Shown here piece by piece: positions 62,503 to 64,000 of a DNA stretch of 64,000 nucleotides. Source of the DNA: Phoronis australis (lineage: Eukaryota > Animalia > Phoronida); NCBI GenBank assembly GCA_002633005.1, contig NMRA01000284.1, forward strand, positions 491,518-555,517. The letters run 5' to 3'. Both the position numbers and the translations under genes were made by a program. The number at the start of each line of letters is the position of its first letter. The stretch's first letter is position 1. Under the pieces are notes generated by a model. That model ran no database searches. It saw nothing but the letters and a program-made list of their open reading frames with translations, and was not told the origin of the DNA.

Positions 62503-64000
62503 ATTAGATGTCGTGTTGGCCTCCGGTCATTTAAAGGCAGAACTAAGTAAAACCGAGCCGTCAGCTTCATCAGCTGATAGTTGTTTGGTAGAAAATGGCC
62601 GAGGAAAACGGCGGTGGTGTCAATCAAAGTCAGTTCAAAAGGGCAAGAGAGTTGTCCTGAGTGCATGTGTAAAGGGGAAGACCTATCGCAAGTTCCGCCC
62701 TCTTGGGAAAAGTCGACAAGCAATACGTGTTGTTCGTCTTATAACGTGGTGGTTTAAAAACGAAGGTGTGTCAAAAATGCTGCGTTCTGTTTGGTCATTT
62801 AAACAGTCTCTCAAAATCCGACGGAAGAGTAACCTCTCTTGAATAAGCATTGGGAACGAGCGCTGAATAGCCGTGCGAGTTATGTTGAATATTTCCGTTT
62901 ATGTCAAGCTTGCTCGGCCTCGAGCAGGCTTACCTAGAGCTGGGCCCGGATGGATTTTCATTCTTTTCTCGTCTTCCAGGACTGTCTTTACTTTCTTTCT
63001 TGGTTTTGGCCAGTTTTGATCATAAACATATACTTAGTTTGGAAAGCTAATACGATTTTCAGTATTGAACTAATTAATCGATCGAGTTCCTCGGTGAGTC
63101 TGTCCAAATAACTAAATAATTGTTTTGATCTCTGCCAAATGTAAGTACAAAACTCGCTTTGAAAAATATCCTAATACACTCTGAAGACCCGGTAACCCGA
63201 AAATTGTTATTGCTAACCTCTGTTTAAATTCTAAAATTACACACATTTGTGCCAAGTTAAAACGAGCTGCCTGTACCTGAAGATAACGTGGGCAACAGGG
63301 ATGTCGCTGGTCCTTTCCTTTACAGATTTTTGCCGCATAGAAAAGAAAAGCACATTCGCGTAAAGAAGTCAATTTGGCGAAAAAGCTCAAAACAAGTGTT
63401 AAAGAATTGCCTTTGATGAAATTGGCGTAATTCTATTCAAATTTGTGCATTTTATTCACAGATCATTGTCGCTCATTATGCCACTTCAAACGCAAAGGGC
63501 ACAACGTGCTTAAAACTTGATTTGCATGGAAGCATTTATTATAAGAAAACGTACTTATAAAACAAATTGAACAGTGTCAGATTCCTTGTTTACTCCACGC
63601 GAAATGATACCATCGATTTTGATTTTTATCAATTTGTTTAGTTCACACAAGACACTAAAAGAAAAATAAAACAAATAAAATTGTCAGAAAATAAAGCACT
63701 AAAAATACACTTATAAGTGTAAAACACGGATAGCACAAAAAGTCAAGGATTTATTTCAATTGGACTGATGCCTCAGCGTCAAACTTCCTGTCAACCTAGA
63801 ATATACCCGAGAAAGCAGCGTACTCACTTGAGACAATACCGGCGAGGGCTACTTCCCAACCACTGTGTCCAGTAGCGTCAGTAACCTGACCCTGACAAAA
63901 CATGTTGGCAATATTTCATCTGAGCAAGACCAGTTCAAGTTTCTTGTCCCATTACTCATAAATCCCCTAAGAGGATTATCTAGCTAACGGGAAGCCATGG

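Noticed and set aside
61588-62842. Cluster of short ORFs as a gene
   Set aside because: No recognisable motif, stops in the plausible frames and no consistent splice chain.

Overview
AT-rich animal genomic DNA, most likely a marine invertebrate; the taxon cannot be fixed from sequence alone. It comes from a draft assembly with single-N joins and one N-gap. The only intact protein-coding gene I can support is a four-exon centromeric histone H3 (CENP-A/CenH3) on the minus strand: join 5620-5455, 2223-2123, 1664-1587, 326-192, giving 159 aa. The ORF track misses it because it is spliced. The rest is repeat-rich non-coding DNA. It includes a defective hAT transposon (8084-10833), PIF/Harbinger and LINE remnants, many MITEs, and an old ~2-kb-unit tandem array (~14.3-26.6 kb) that may hide a decayed reading frame. 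There are also tandem repeats carrying CTCF-like motifs, and a complete small non-autonomous LTR retroelement (36407-37774) whose LTRs contain a tRNA-derived Pol III cassette (Helenus/TRIMp3-like). From about 38 kb to 64 kb I can identify no gene. Almost all ORF-track entries appear spurious. All alignments were done by eye; no searches were run.
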